In this document: in pieces, positions 16,015-24,112 of the stretch
Layout of the letters: each line of letters opens with the position of its first letter
Position numbering within the stretch: the first letter of the stretch is position 1
Assembly (NCBI GenBank): GCA_964597155.1
Contig: CAZQXA010000001.1
Span: 1-33,128 of the forward strand
From: an uncultured Dehalococcoidales bacterium
Lineage (GTDB): Bacteria; Chloroflexota; Dehalococcoidia; Dehalococcoidales; BS750m-G39
Reading direction: 5' to 3'
Length of the DNA stretch: 33,128 bases
Notes under the pieces: model-generated
What the model saw: the letters and a program-made list of their open reading frames with translations, nothing else
What the model was told of the DNA's origin: nothing
Database searches by the model: none
Program-made: the position numbers and the translations under genes

Positions 16015-16704
16015 TCACTCTATAACCCGGTAGGGGCAGGTCTCCTTGAGGCTACAGCGCCGACAAACCTCAGCCTGTGTCCATCTCGTCATTTTGGGCC
16101 CTATGCCGATGACCATAGAGGTTGACTTGCGGGGAACCATTAACCCTCCCGAAGTCAGGCTCACGCCGATTTCCTGCCTCGGCACCAGTTCAAGTAAATT
16201 CCACTGCTCGGTGATGGGGAAACCAGGCATACCCGGGGTAACCGGGCTGCTTATCTCATAGCCTCTTGGGGAGACCTCGCCTGAGATAAACTTCAGGGCT
16301 TGGGGAATCAGGGCGTCTACGGCGGCGCTGCCAATGCCGTCTAGGAGCATAGCTCGCAGCTTCTGGCCACGGTTGGTGTAGTCGGTTACCTTTTTTTCCA
16401 AGCCGGGGCCGATGGTGCCAACGAGAACGACAAGCTCCTTCGCCTCGGGGAAGATTGCCGGTAGCAATGGCCCCTGTATCGCTTTACCACCCGCAAGCGA
16501 TATCTGGGTAGGGCTCATCCCGGTTGTGGGGTAGATTTCATAGGCAACAGCCGGCTCTAGGAGGTGCGTCTTCTTGACGCTGGCCAGTATTTCGGTAATT
16601 ACACTCTTTATCTCAGGCTTAATCTTGGAACGTCCCCCGAACCCCTGCCGGCGCAGTACTTCCCGGCTCTTTAAGCTCAAGGGGATATCGCGGATTACGG
16701 GCAT
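16015..16704 (-). CDS. MetH activation-domain-like protein (vitamin B12-dependent methionine synthase activation region family)
   Basis: The start is placed at the ATG at 16704, which has RBS GAAGGAG; the track start at 16743 has none. The pattern EVLRRQGF...LLDGIGSAAVDAL and the ~230-aa length match stand-alone Met_synt_B12-type proteins. There is a C-terminal CRRCSLKETC motif. Confidence 0.6.
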   Translation of the reverse strand: MPVIRDIPLSLKSREVLRRQGFGGRSKIKPEIKSVITEILASVKKTHLLEPAVAYEIYPTTGMSPTQISLAGGKAIQGPLLPAIFPEAKELVVLVGTIGPGLEKKVTDYTNRGQKLRAMLLDGIGSAAVDALIPQALKFISGEVSPRGYEISSPVTPGMPGFPITEQWNLLELVPRQEIGVSLTSGGLMVPRKSTSMVIGIGPKMTRWTQAEVCRRCSLKETCPYRVIE

Positions 16705-16795
16705 GTCCTTCTCCTTCTGGGTCTCGCTAGCGGCCCAGAGCATGCCATCAGGATAGCCCTATTATGCCGCCCTTTTAAAGCCTGCTTTTAGTAAG

Positions 16796-18151
16796 CTATT
16801 TGTATACCTTGCCATACTCCATTGCGGCATCAACCATTGCCTTTACATTTTCCGCCTTGACTTCGTCAAAGAAGGCCCCATTGCTCACGATAAAACCGCC
16901 GCCCTTGGCGCAGGTATCTATCAGATTCTTAACGTAGTCCTTCACCTGCTGGGTCGTGCCCAGCTTCAACAGGTCGGAGGGCACGTTGCCGAACATGCAG
17001 GCAACCTTGCCCAGCGTTTTCTTGGCTTTAGCCATATCGCTCTGGTCGATCATCCATAGGGTCTTGCCCTTGGGTAGGTCGCAGACAACCTCCATACGCG
17101 TGTTCCAATGCCCCTCAGCCGCTGGCATTGGTACGACACCCTCAGCAATCAAACCCATCATGACCTTCCTAAAGGTAGGCCAGTAGAACTTCTTGAACTG
17201 CTCATCGGAGAGGAAGCCATCGGCACCTTTGTGCAGAGGCATGAATATTATGGGGTGTCCGGCCATCAAGGCGGTGCCTACCCCCATCTTAATCATGAGC
17301 GGCGTTAATCTCTCCATGGCTTCAAGGAGCTTATCCGGACAGCGGTACATATCCACCATTACCCCTCTGGTTCCTCTCAAGGTATCGCCAACTACATCAA
17401 AGGGCGCCTTGGTAAATCCGGCGGCTATTATGGGGAAGCCGGCGGCGGTTACCTCGGCACTGAAGGCACCCATGGCCATTCCCCATTTCAGGGCTTCGGC
17501 GCCGGCCTCAAAGAGGGCCTTATAGGTGGCTTGAACAGGGGGCAGACCAAAGGGTATGAAATTACCGGCAACGCCGTACATCTCAAGTATGCCAGTGAGA
17601 GCCGGAAGCATCCGGAAACCATCTAGCTTACCGAAGACGCGCGGCAGATAGGTATTGCTAAAGAAATTCGACGGGTCGTCAATCAAGGCATCGTATTCGC
17701 CAGCGGTCATGTATTCGCCTTCGTTGGCTTGGTAGGAGCGCTCCGGGGCAACCCCATGACCGGGCCAGGAATACAGCTTATAGTCAAGGATTTCAAAGAA
17801 CTTCCCCGGGCCGGGCACAGCCGCGCCAAGGTTCCCATCCGGGGCAAAGTCCAGGACGAATTTTTTAAATGCCGCGCAGCACTTGTCGTAGTCATACATG
17901 GCTTCTTTGGGGGTTATCCCGGCGTAATAAGCGGGGAAGAAGCTAGGAGCGAGAAAGACTGGCACCCTGTCCGGCAATTTCTTCATCTGGATAGCGTCTT
18001 TTATCCTGGTTATTCTTTCCTTATAAGCCTTCTCGGCATCAGGGCTTAGGTATTTAAGGTCCTTCCCTTGAGGGTCTTTCGGCGAAAGCCACTTCCCAAA
18101 TAGCGCCTCCTGCTTTTCCTCCGCTGTCATCTCTGCCCATTCCTTTGCCAT
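16796..18151 (-). CDS. URO-D-family corrinoid-dependent methyltransferase, paralog A
   Basis: The start is placed at the ATG at 18151 (MAKEW...), 8 nt after GGAGG; the track GTG at 18169 overlaps that RBS. The C-terminal pattern GNVPSDLLKLGTTQQVKDYVKNLIDTC..GGGFIVSNG is typical of URO-D/MtaA-type enzymes. It is adjacent to the corrinoid protein. Confidence 0.7.
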   Translation of the reverse strand: MAKEWAEMTAEEKQEALFGKWLSPKDPQGKDLKYLSPDAEKAYKERITRIKDAIQMKKLPDRVPVFLAPSFFPAYYAGITPKEAMYDYDKCCAAFKKFVLDFAPDGNLGAAVPGPGKFFEILDYKLYSWPGHGVAPERSYQANEGEYMTAGEYDALIDDPSNFFSNTYLPRVFGKLDGFRMLPALTGILEMYGVAGNFIPFGLPPVQATYKALFEAGAEALKWGMAMGAFSAEVTAAGFPIIAAGFTKAPFDVVGDTLRGTRGVMVDMYRCPDKLLEAMERLTPLMIKMGVGTALMAGHPIIFMPLHKGADGFLSDEQFKKFYWPTFRKVMMGLIAEGVVPMPAAEGHWNTRMEVVCDLPKGKTLWMIDQSDMAKAKKTLGKVACMFGNVPSDLLKLGTTQQVKDYVKNLIDTCAKGGGFIVSNGAFFDEVKAENVKAMVDAAMEYGKVYK

Positions 18152-18193
18152 TTTTATTACCTCCTGCACCTTATCTGCTTTTTATAAGGATTG

Positions 18194-18823
18194 TCACTTA
18201 ACGCCTATCCATTTTTTGGCTAGTGTTACTCCGGCCATGGCGTCTTGACCGAAGGCATCGGCGCCGGTATACTTCCTTACCTCTTCGGTAATCTGCCCGC
18301 CGCCAATCATGACCTTAACCTTGTCTCTTAAGCCGGCAGCCTTCATGGCTTCTATAGTCTCTTTCATGGAGTCAAAAGCCAGGGTAAGAAAGCCGCTCAA
18401 GCCGACAACGGGGGCGCCGCTTTCCTTTATCTTGTCAACAAACTTCTGCGGCGGCACATCCACGCCGAGGTCATAGACCTCAAAGCCGTTGACATCGAGC
18501 ATAAAGACGACAATATCCTTGCCGATGTCATGTATATCGCCGGCAACGGTGCCAAAGACAACCTTGCCCAGCCGCTTGGTCGCCACCTCCTTGGCCATCT
18601 TCGGCTTAACCAGCTCGGTTACCGCCTTCAGTATTTCTCCGGAGTAAACCAGGTCAGGTATGAAATACTCGCTATTGGCAAAGCGCTTGCCCACGATTTC
18701 CATACCCTTCCGGGCATCATCCAAAATCTTTACTGGCTCTTCACCGGCACTCAGCCTGTCTTTAACAATCTTAAGAGCCTCTGCTTCCTTCAAATTAGCT
18801 AATGTGTTTACCAAGTCAGCCAT
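18194..18823 (-). CDS. Corrinoid (cobalamin-binding) methyl-carrier protein
   Basis: It carries the DxHxxG cobalamin-binding motif (GDIHDIGKDIV), an N-terminal helical cap, and a Rossmann-like B12-binding domain. RBS AAGGAGGT is present. Confidence 0.85.
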   Translation of the reverse strand: MADLVNTLANLKEAEALKIVKDRLSAGEEPVKILDDARKGMEIVGKRFANSEYFIPDLVYSGEILKAVTELVKPKMAKEVATKRLGKVVFGTVAGDIHDIGKDIVVFMLDVNGFEVYDLGVDVPPQKFVDKIKESGAPVVGLSGFLTLAFDSMKETIEAMKAAGLRDKVKVMIGGGQITEEVRKYTGADAFGQDAMAGVTLAKKWIGVK

Positions 18824-18937
18824 TTTCTTTATACCTCCTTAAATCTTAGTCGGGCTCTGCCCTAATATATCGACCTCGTTTGGCACCTCCCTATAATTAC
18901 CTCCCCGCTTTAGAAAGTTTGCTCCTCTGCAGAAGGT

Positions 18938-18969
18938 TATGCCCTTGCTTGCTATAAGTCAAGGGCATA
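18938..18969 (-). terminator. Perfect 10-bp stem hairpin between livF and the corrinoid operon (possible terminator or processing site)
   Basis: TATGCCCTTG (18938-18947) pairs with CAAGGGCATA (18960-18969) across a 12-nt loop. There is no U-tract on either strand. Confidence 0.3.
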
Positions 18970-19004
18970 TAACAGTTATCTGGAGCAGCATATCAGTTTT
19001 AAAG

Positions 19005-19709
19005 CTAAAGCCCCAAATAGGCCTTCTTTATCATCTCCTTTTTTAGAAGGTCCTTGCACTTCCCCTCCATGGCAATCCGCCCGTTTTCCATCACGTATGC
19101 CCGGTCAGATATCTCCAGGGTATTGCGCACATTCTGCTCAATGAGCAAGACGGTGAGTCCCTGCTCGCGCAGGGACTTTACGACCTGGAATACCTCCAGT
19201 AGCAGCCTCGGGGCCAGACCATATGAAGGCTCATCGAACATGCACATTCTTGGCCTGGTCATTAGACCCCGACCCATAGCCAGCATTTGCTGTTCGCCGC
19301 CGCTTAATGTCCTGGCTAATTGGCTCGCTCTTTCTTTTAATATCGGGAAAAGCTGATAAACCCGCTTCAGGGTCTCTTTCTTCTGTTTCCAGGCTCCAGA
19401 GGTATAGGCACCCATCTCCAGGTTTTCACGCACTGTCATTTCGGGGAAAAGCCTTCTACCCTCGGGGATATGGGAAAGTCCCAGTCCCACAATGCGGTAA
19501 GGCTCCAGCCCGTCAATTCTCTTGCCCAGGAACTCAACGCTACCCGAAGCCGGGCGTAGCACACCGGATACAGTATTAAGCAGTGTCGTTTTGCCGGCTC
19601 CATTGGCGCCAATCAGGGCCACAATCTCTGCCTCATTGATATTCAAAGAAAGATCCCATAAGGCTTGAGACTTGCCGTAAAAAGTATTTATATTTTTAAT
19701 TTTCAGCAT
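19005..19709 (-). CDS. livF: Branched-chain-amino-acid-type ABC transporter ATP-binding protein (LivF-like)
   Basis: Walker A GANGAGKTT, ABC signature LSGGEQQ and Walker B MCMFDEPS are present. The start is set at the ATG at 19709 (MLKIKNI); the track extension to 19790 overlaps livG. Confidence 0.85.
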   Translation of the reverse strand: MLKIKNINTFYGKSQALWDLSLNINEAEIVALIGANGAGKTTLLNTVSGVLRPASGSVEFLGKRIDGLEPYRIVGLGLSHIPEGRRLFPEMTVRENLEMGAYTSGAWKQKKETLKRVYQLFPILKERASQLARTLSGGEQQMLAMGRGLMTRPRMCMFDEPSYGLAPRLLLEVFQVVKSLREQGLTVLLIEQNVRNTLEISDRAYVMENGRIAMEGKCKDLLKKEMIKKAYLGL

Positions 19710-19713
19710 AAGC

Positions 19714-20433
19714 CTACTCTCCCAGGTATACCTCAATAACCTTCTTGCTGGTAGCAATCTCCTTTGGCGTTCCTTCAGCAATCTTCTCACCGTGGTGGAG
19801 CACTATAATTCGGTCGCATACCCCCATAATTGCCTTCATAACGTGCTCAATCATGAAAATGGTAACCCCCCTCCTCCGAATCTTGGTTACCAACTCCATA
19901 GCCTCGGCTGTCTCCGTGGAATTTAGACCTGCCATCAGCTCATCAAGCATTAATAGTTTCGCCCTGGTGGCTAGGGCTCTAGCCACCTCAACTCGCTTCT
20001 GGTTAACCAGGGTCAAGCCCCCAGCCGGTATATCTTTAAGTGCTGACAAGCCAACGAACTCTAATAACTCCGTAGCTTCCCCAGCCGCCTTCGCTCCCGA
20101 GATACCGGTTGGCGTCCCGAATAGCGAGCCCAACAATACATTCTGAAAGGCTGGTATATTGGCGAAAACCCTAACCTCTTGAAAAGTCCTGGCCACTCCC
20201 ATCTGGCAAATTTTGTGCGGCTTTAAGCCGCTAATCTTTTCGCCCTTAAATTTTATTACTCCTGGTTTAGGGGCCAAAGCCCCCGATATCAGATTAAACA
20301 GCGTCGTTTTACCAGCGCCATTGGGACCAATCAGACCAACGACTTCACCCTGGGCCACGTTAAAGTCTACATTTGATACTGCGGCTAACCCGCCAAAATA
20401 CTTGGTAACCCCTTCACCTTCAAGTATTTTCAT
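19714..20433 (-). CDS. livG: Branched-chain-amino-acid-type ABC transporter ATP-binding protein (LivG-like)
   Basis: Walker A GPNGAGKTT and Walker B LLMLDEL are present, with LivG-like length and operon position. Confidence 0.85.
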   Translation of the reverse strand: MKILEGEGVTKYFGGLAAVSNVDFNVAQGEVVGLIGPNGAGKTTLFNLISGALAPKPGVIKFKGEKISGLKPHKICQMGVARTFQEVRVFANIPAFQNVLLGSLFGTPTGISGAKAAGEATELLEFVGLSALKDIPAGGLTLVNQKRVEVARALATRAKLLMLDELMAGLNSTETAEAMELVTKIRRRGVTIFMIEHVMKAIMGVCDRIIVLHHGEKIAEGTPKEIATSKKVIEVYLGE

Positions 20434-21370
20434 GTTGCCCTCCCGGCCTTCGTTTCAAAAACTTTTGTATCAAGCCAACCAGTCCATTGGGCATGAATAA
20501 TATAGCGGCTACTAAGACGACGCCGAAAATGAGCATATATAATTCGGAAAACGTGGTTATTAATTTCTCCTGTAGGTAGGCAAAAATGACGGCGCCGATT
20601 ACCGGACCGTAAAGCTCTCCCATGCCGCCAAAGATAGCCATTAAGACCGGCAAAAAAGAAAAGAGCGCATTAAAGGCAATGTATGGGTCAATATATATCC
20701 ATCTTGTGGCCATGGTTGCCCCGGCGGCACCCATAAAGAAGGCGCTTACGGCAAAGGTGATAATCTTCACCATAGTTACATTAACGCCGGCATGAGCCGC
20801 GGCCTCCTCATTGGCACCGATGCTCTGCAGGGCCAAGCCAAATTTAGAGCGTCTGATAAAGTAGGCGGTAATCATTAATACCACAAAAACGCCGAGCATG
20901 GCGTAATAAATAATGTTGTAATCTATAGGAACAACGAATCGGCCACGTATACCGCTTATATGAAGCTCCCAGAACACGAGAAGTTGCGTGATGAGTACAA
21001 CGAGGCCGAAAGTGAAGATAGCAAAATATATGCCCCTCAGCCTCAGGGTTAAGACGCCAACAAGAAGGGCAACTACGGAACTGGCTAGCCCGCCAACAAG
21101 AATAAAGACAGGCAGGGGGACATATTCCCCCAGCAAGGCAGCAGCATACAAGCCAATGCCGAAAAATGCCGCCGTAGCCAGTGACATGTAACCGGAAGGA
21201 CCTGAAAACATAGCCCAGCTCACTGAAAGGACAGCGTACATAAGGAGGGAGGTCATCAATATGGGGGTATAACCTTTGGCATAGAGGGGCAAAGTAGCTA
21301 ACAGGACTAGGAATAAACCAAGTAGCCCCATTAAAGACGACTTTTTAGAGGTAATCCTTACAATATCCAT
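20420..21370 (-). CDS. livM: ABC transporter permease (LivM-like)
   Basis: Polytopic membrane protein. It overlaps the livG start by 14 nt and follows the livH-like gene. Confidence 0.8.
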   Translation of the reverse strand: MDIVRITSKKSSLMGLLGLFLVLLATLPLYAKGYTPILMTSLLMYAVLSVSWAMFSGPSGYMSLATAAFFGIGLYAAALLGEYVPLPVFILVGGLASSVVALLVGVLTLRLRGIYFAIFTFGLVVLITQLLVFWELHISGIRGRFVVPIDYNIIYYAMLGVFVVLMITAYFIRRSKFGLALQSIGANEEAAAHAGVNVTMVKIITFAVSAFFMGAAGATMATRWIYIDPYIAFNALFSFLPVLMAIFGGMGELYGPVIGAVIFAYLQEKLITTFSELYMLIFGVVLVAAILFMPNGLVGLIQKFLKRRPGGQHENT

Positions 21371-21374
21371 TTCT

Positions 21375-22247
21375 CTACTTTCCCATAATGCCTTTTGGTC
21401 TTACCAGTAGCAGGAGTATGAAGATAAAATAAAAGGCAGCCACGGTTAAGCTCGGCTCAATATAGGTTACCACGCTGCCAATAATACCCAGTATAAAACC
21501 ACCGATAAAACTGCCGGGAATACTCCCCAAACCACCAAGGACAACCACAATGACGGCAATTATTGTATAATTCAGACCCATAGTCGCTGTAATAGGGAAG
21601 CACATGCTTATCAGTACACCGGCAAAACCGGCCATTAAAGTACCAAGGCCAAAGCATAAGGCCAGCATATTGTTGATGTTTACCCCCATGAGTCCCGCCG
21701 TCGCCGGGTCTTGAGCCGCCGCCCTGATGGCTTTGCCCAGACGGGTACGGGCTAGAAAGATATAGAAGGCTACACCTATGCCTACGGCAAAGCCAAGGGT
21801 TACCAGACGATTGGCTTGAAATACCGCTCCCCACAAATTGACCGGAGAAGCTAAATAGGTGTAGCCCCTTGAGACACCACCCCACACTATTATGGCTATA
21901 TTCTGAATGATGTAGAGGAGGCCAAAGGTGGCTAAGAGGGAACTGCCCTCAAAGGCGCCTACTGATGGTGCCGACTTATAGAGGCTCCGGAACATAGTCC
22001 GGTGAAGGAAATAACCTATTATGAATATAATAGGACCAACAATAACCAGAGAAATCAGCGGGTTAATGCCGAATGAGGTGTACAGCATCCAGGTGGCAAA
22101 AGCGCCGACCATAATAAATTCACCGTGAGAGATGTTCAGCACCCGGGCGACGCCGTACTGCAGGCTCAAGCCCATAGCAATCAGGGCATAGATGCCGCCC
22201 ATCAATAGCCCGCCGATTACTATATCCAGGAAAGACACAAAACTCAT
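21375..22247 (-). CDS. livH: ABC transporter permease (LivH-like)
   Basis: Polytopic membrane protein with a LivH-like N-terminus (GLLMGGIYALIAMGLSL). The start at ATG 22247 is preferred over the TTG at 22271. Neither has a strong SD. Confidence 0.75.
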   Translation of the reverse strand: MSFVSFLDIVIGGLLMGGIYALIAMGLSLQYGVARVLNISHGEFIMVGAFATWMLYTSFGINPLISLVIVGPIIFIIGYFLHRTMFRSLYKSAPSVGAFEGSSLLATFGLLYIIQNIAIIVWGGVSRGYTYLASPVNLWGAVFQANRLVTLGFAVGIGVAFYIFLARTRLGKAIRAAAQDPATAGLMGVNINNMLALCFGLGTLMAGFAGVLISMCFPITATMGLNYTIIAVIVVVLGGLGSIPGSFIGGFILGIIGSVVTYIEPSLTVAAFYFIFILLLLVRPKGIMGK

Positions 22248-22279
22248 AGTAACAACTTTCTGACCTGGCAATCAAGGGC

Positions 22280-22368
22280 GCAGGCTGTCTAAAGGCGCAG
22301 GAAAAGTCCTGGGAGAAAATAGCCACCTTTTAGAAGGTGTTATTTTCTTTACCCTTTAGACAGCCTGC
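22280..22368 (-). promoter_or_regulatory. Large nested stem-loop in the binding-protein/permease intergenic region
   Basis: A perfect 16-bp inverted repeat, GCAGGCTGTCTAAAGG (22280-22295) and CCTTTAGACAGCCTGC (22353-22368), encloses an inner CACCTT/AAGGTG hairpin (22324-22339). On the minus strand the inner hairpin is followed by a T-rich run. Confidence 0.6.
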
Positions 22369-22427
22369 TTACTATTTTCGACTCTAACTCCTAAACTCGA
22401 GTATCTCTCTTTAAAAAACTCTAATGC

Positions 22428-23783
22428 TTATGGTGCTGGCCACACTGGCTTGGGATAGAGAATAACATCTGTGGTCATCTTATCCGCCGGGCCTATAACC
22501 TCATATATGCCGCTTTGCCATTGGCCAACCTGCCCGGGTGCACATTCTCTCGCCATAAGTCCGCCACCTTCACCACCAGCGGTCATATCAAACCAGGTAT
22601 CCCCCAGACACGTATCGAAGTGACTGGAAGCCAGTATGTCTCTTATCTCTTCTTGGTCAAGGCAACCTGCCTCAATGATAGCCTGCTCCAGACATTCCAG
22701 CGCCGCCCAGTAGAAGCACTGTCCCCACCAATCAAGGAAGGCTTCTTCGTCACCAAAGACGGCTAGTCCGGCAGCACCCTTATATTCGACAATCAAATCA
22801 GCGAGATCGTTCAATGCAGGAGAAGATTCCCGGTTCCAGGCACCAAAACCCATTACCCCCTCCATCGCTGCTGGATTAGTTCCGCCTGCGGTAAATATAT
22901 CATAGAAGAAGTGGAAGTTACCTCCAGGTCCCAGTACCATGGCATTGGGATTATAGCCAATCGCCATTGACTGACCGACAACCGACATGGTCGTCGGGGG
23001 ATAGACAAAAGCGCAAAAGGCATCGGCTCCGCTCGTCTGGGCCTGCTTCAATAATAGCTCTACGTCCGTAGTGCCGGGCGGAACAGCCTCACCCATAACT
23101 ACACTAATGCCCGCCAAGGTAAATTCGCTGAGAGAGGTATGGTAATACTCAACGCCATGGAGGTCATTGATGTAGATTATGGCTACCGTCTCCACGCCCA
23201 GGTCAACAAAAATGTCAGTCAGGGTCGGTATCTGGTAGTAGTCAGCGTAATTCAAGACGCCAAAGACATAGGGCAGTTCAGGTAGCATAGCGGTGAGGGT
23301 CGTACAACCACCCTCAGCTCCCAGGTATACATAGCCATAGTTATTGGCTAGAGGAGCGGAGGCATAGAGGAAGGCGGTTGAACAGTTAGGAAACAGGATG
23401 TCAACCTCGTCATCCAAAATCAGCTGTTCAATCAGCCTCGTTGACGTGCCCAGGTCACTGGTATCATCATATACGATGTACCTTATAGGAAAGCTCTTGT
23501 CATAATCCGCAAGATATAGGCCGCCCGCGGCGTTGATTTCAGAAACCCAAATTTCCATCATTGGCCCAAAGGCGTAGTCTCCAATATCTTTTAGTGGGCC
23601 GGAGATAGGTCTGGCCGCGCCAATAAGGATTTCAGTTCTGGTATCATAGTCGTCGGGTCGGGTGACTGTTGGTGCGGTTGTCGGCGGTGTGGTCGTTACT
23701 TCCCCTTCTCCTTCGCAGGAGATGGCAACCAGACTGAAGACCATCACCAAAGCCAACGAAACAAACAATAACCTTTTCTTCAC
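22428..23783 (-). CDS. ABC transporter substrate-binding protein (type 1 periplasmic-binding fold, Liv/aromatic-acid-binding family), probable lipoprotein
   Basis: GTG start with RBS AAAGGAGA. A signal peptide ends in a lipobox-like AISC, followed by the Thr/Pro-rich linker TTTPPTTAPTVT. It is the first gene of the liv-like operon. Confidence 0.75.
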   Translation of the reverse strand: MKKRLLFVSLALVMVFSLVAISCEGEGEVTTTPPTTAPTVTRPDDYDTRTEILIGAARPISGPLKDIGDYAFGPMMEIWVSEINAAGGLYLADYDKSFPIRYIVYDDTSDLGTSTRLIEQLILDDEVDILFPNCSTAFLYASAPLANNYGYVYLGAEGGCTTLTAMLPELPYVFGVLNYADYYQIPTLTDIFVDLGVETVAIIYINDLHGVEYYHTSLSEFTLAGISVVMGEAVPPGTTDVELLLKQAQTSGADAFCAFVYPPTTMSVVGQSMAIGYNPNAMVLGPGGNFHFFYDIFTAGGTNPAAMEGVMGFGAWNRESSPALNDLADLIVEYKGAAGLAVFGDEEAFLDWWGQCFYWAALECLEQAIIEAGCLDQEEIRDILASSHFDTCLGDTWFDMTAGGEGGGLMARECAPGQVGQWQSGIYEVIGPADKMTTDVILYPKPVWPAP

Positions 23784-23888
23784 TTGTTTCTCCTTTCATG
23801 AGTTTCCAGGTTGATTGTATACCTTGTCATCATAAAATCTTACATTAGCACCTCCTGAATTATTATAGTTTTTAATAATCCTTGCCAG

Positions 23889-23917
23889 AGTATAATTCGC
23901 CGCCCCCGCTTTGTCAA
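23889..23917 (-). promoter_or_regulatory. Sigma70-type promoter of the ABC transporter operon
   Basis: On the minus strand: TTGACA (23917-23912), 17-nt spacer, TATACT (23894-23889). The leader is ~100 nt. Confidence 0.6.
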
Positions 23918-24048
23918 TACTTTATCAATATAACTTCCTCAGGGCAGCACTCTAAAAGCTGGTTGTTTTCCAGACTGTATGCAAGATATTATATCGCTAT
24001 GCCCTCCTTGTCAAGTAGGGGGTACTTTGGGGGGTAATAAAGTGGCGG

Positions 24049-24078
24049 TTGACTCCGTTACAACGTCAATGGTAGTAT
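24049..24078 (+). promoter_or_regulatory. Sigma70-type promoter of methyltransferase paralog B
   Basis: TTGACT (24049-24054), 18-nt spacer, TAGTAT (24073-24078). RBS GGAGG sits ahead of the ATG at 24113. Confidence 0.5.
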
Positions 24079-24112
24079 ACTGCCACATAGGATTTGCAGG
24101 AGGTAATGAAAA

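Noticed and set aside
17193-17525. A 110-aa ORF (MNCSSERKPSAPLC...) with a near-identical twin at 24724-25056
   Set aside because: Both are antisense shadows of the same conserved segment of the two URO-D methyltransferase paralogs. Their similarity is simply inherited from the real genes.
18824-19004. A possible cobalamin riboswitch or clear promoter upstream of the corrinoid operon
   Set aside because: I could not find a B12-box-like element or the conserved GGTGCC/GCCACTG-type core. The only promoter-like match (TTGACT-17-TAACCT) lies inside the hairpin and has a weak -10. The operon may be co-transcribed with the ABC genes.
19710-19790. N-terminal extensions in the ORF track for livF (to 19790), the MetH-activation-like gene (to 16743), methyltransferase A (to 18169) and the first FAD subunit (to 29837)
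   Set aside because: In each case an internal ATG has a proper GGAG-type RBS and matches the family N-terminus. The extension overlaps the upstream gene or its own RBS.
21457-21885. A 142-aa minus-strand ORF overlapping the LivH-like permease in another frame
   Set aside because: It is an alternative frame of a clear polytopic permease gene. Its Gly/Arg/Trp-rich composition is typical of out-of-frame translation.
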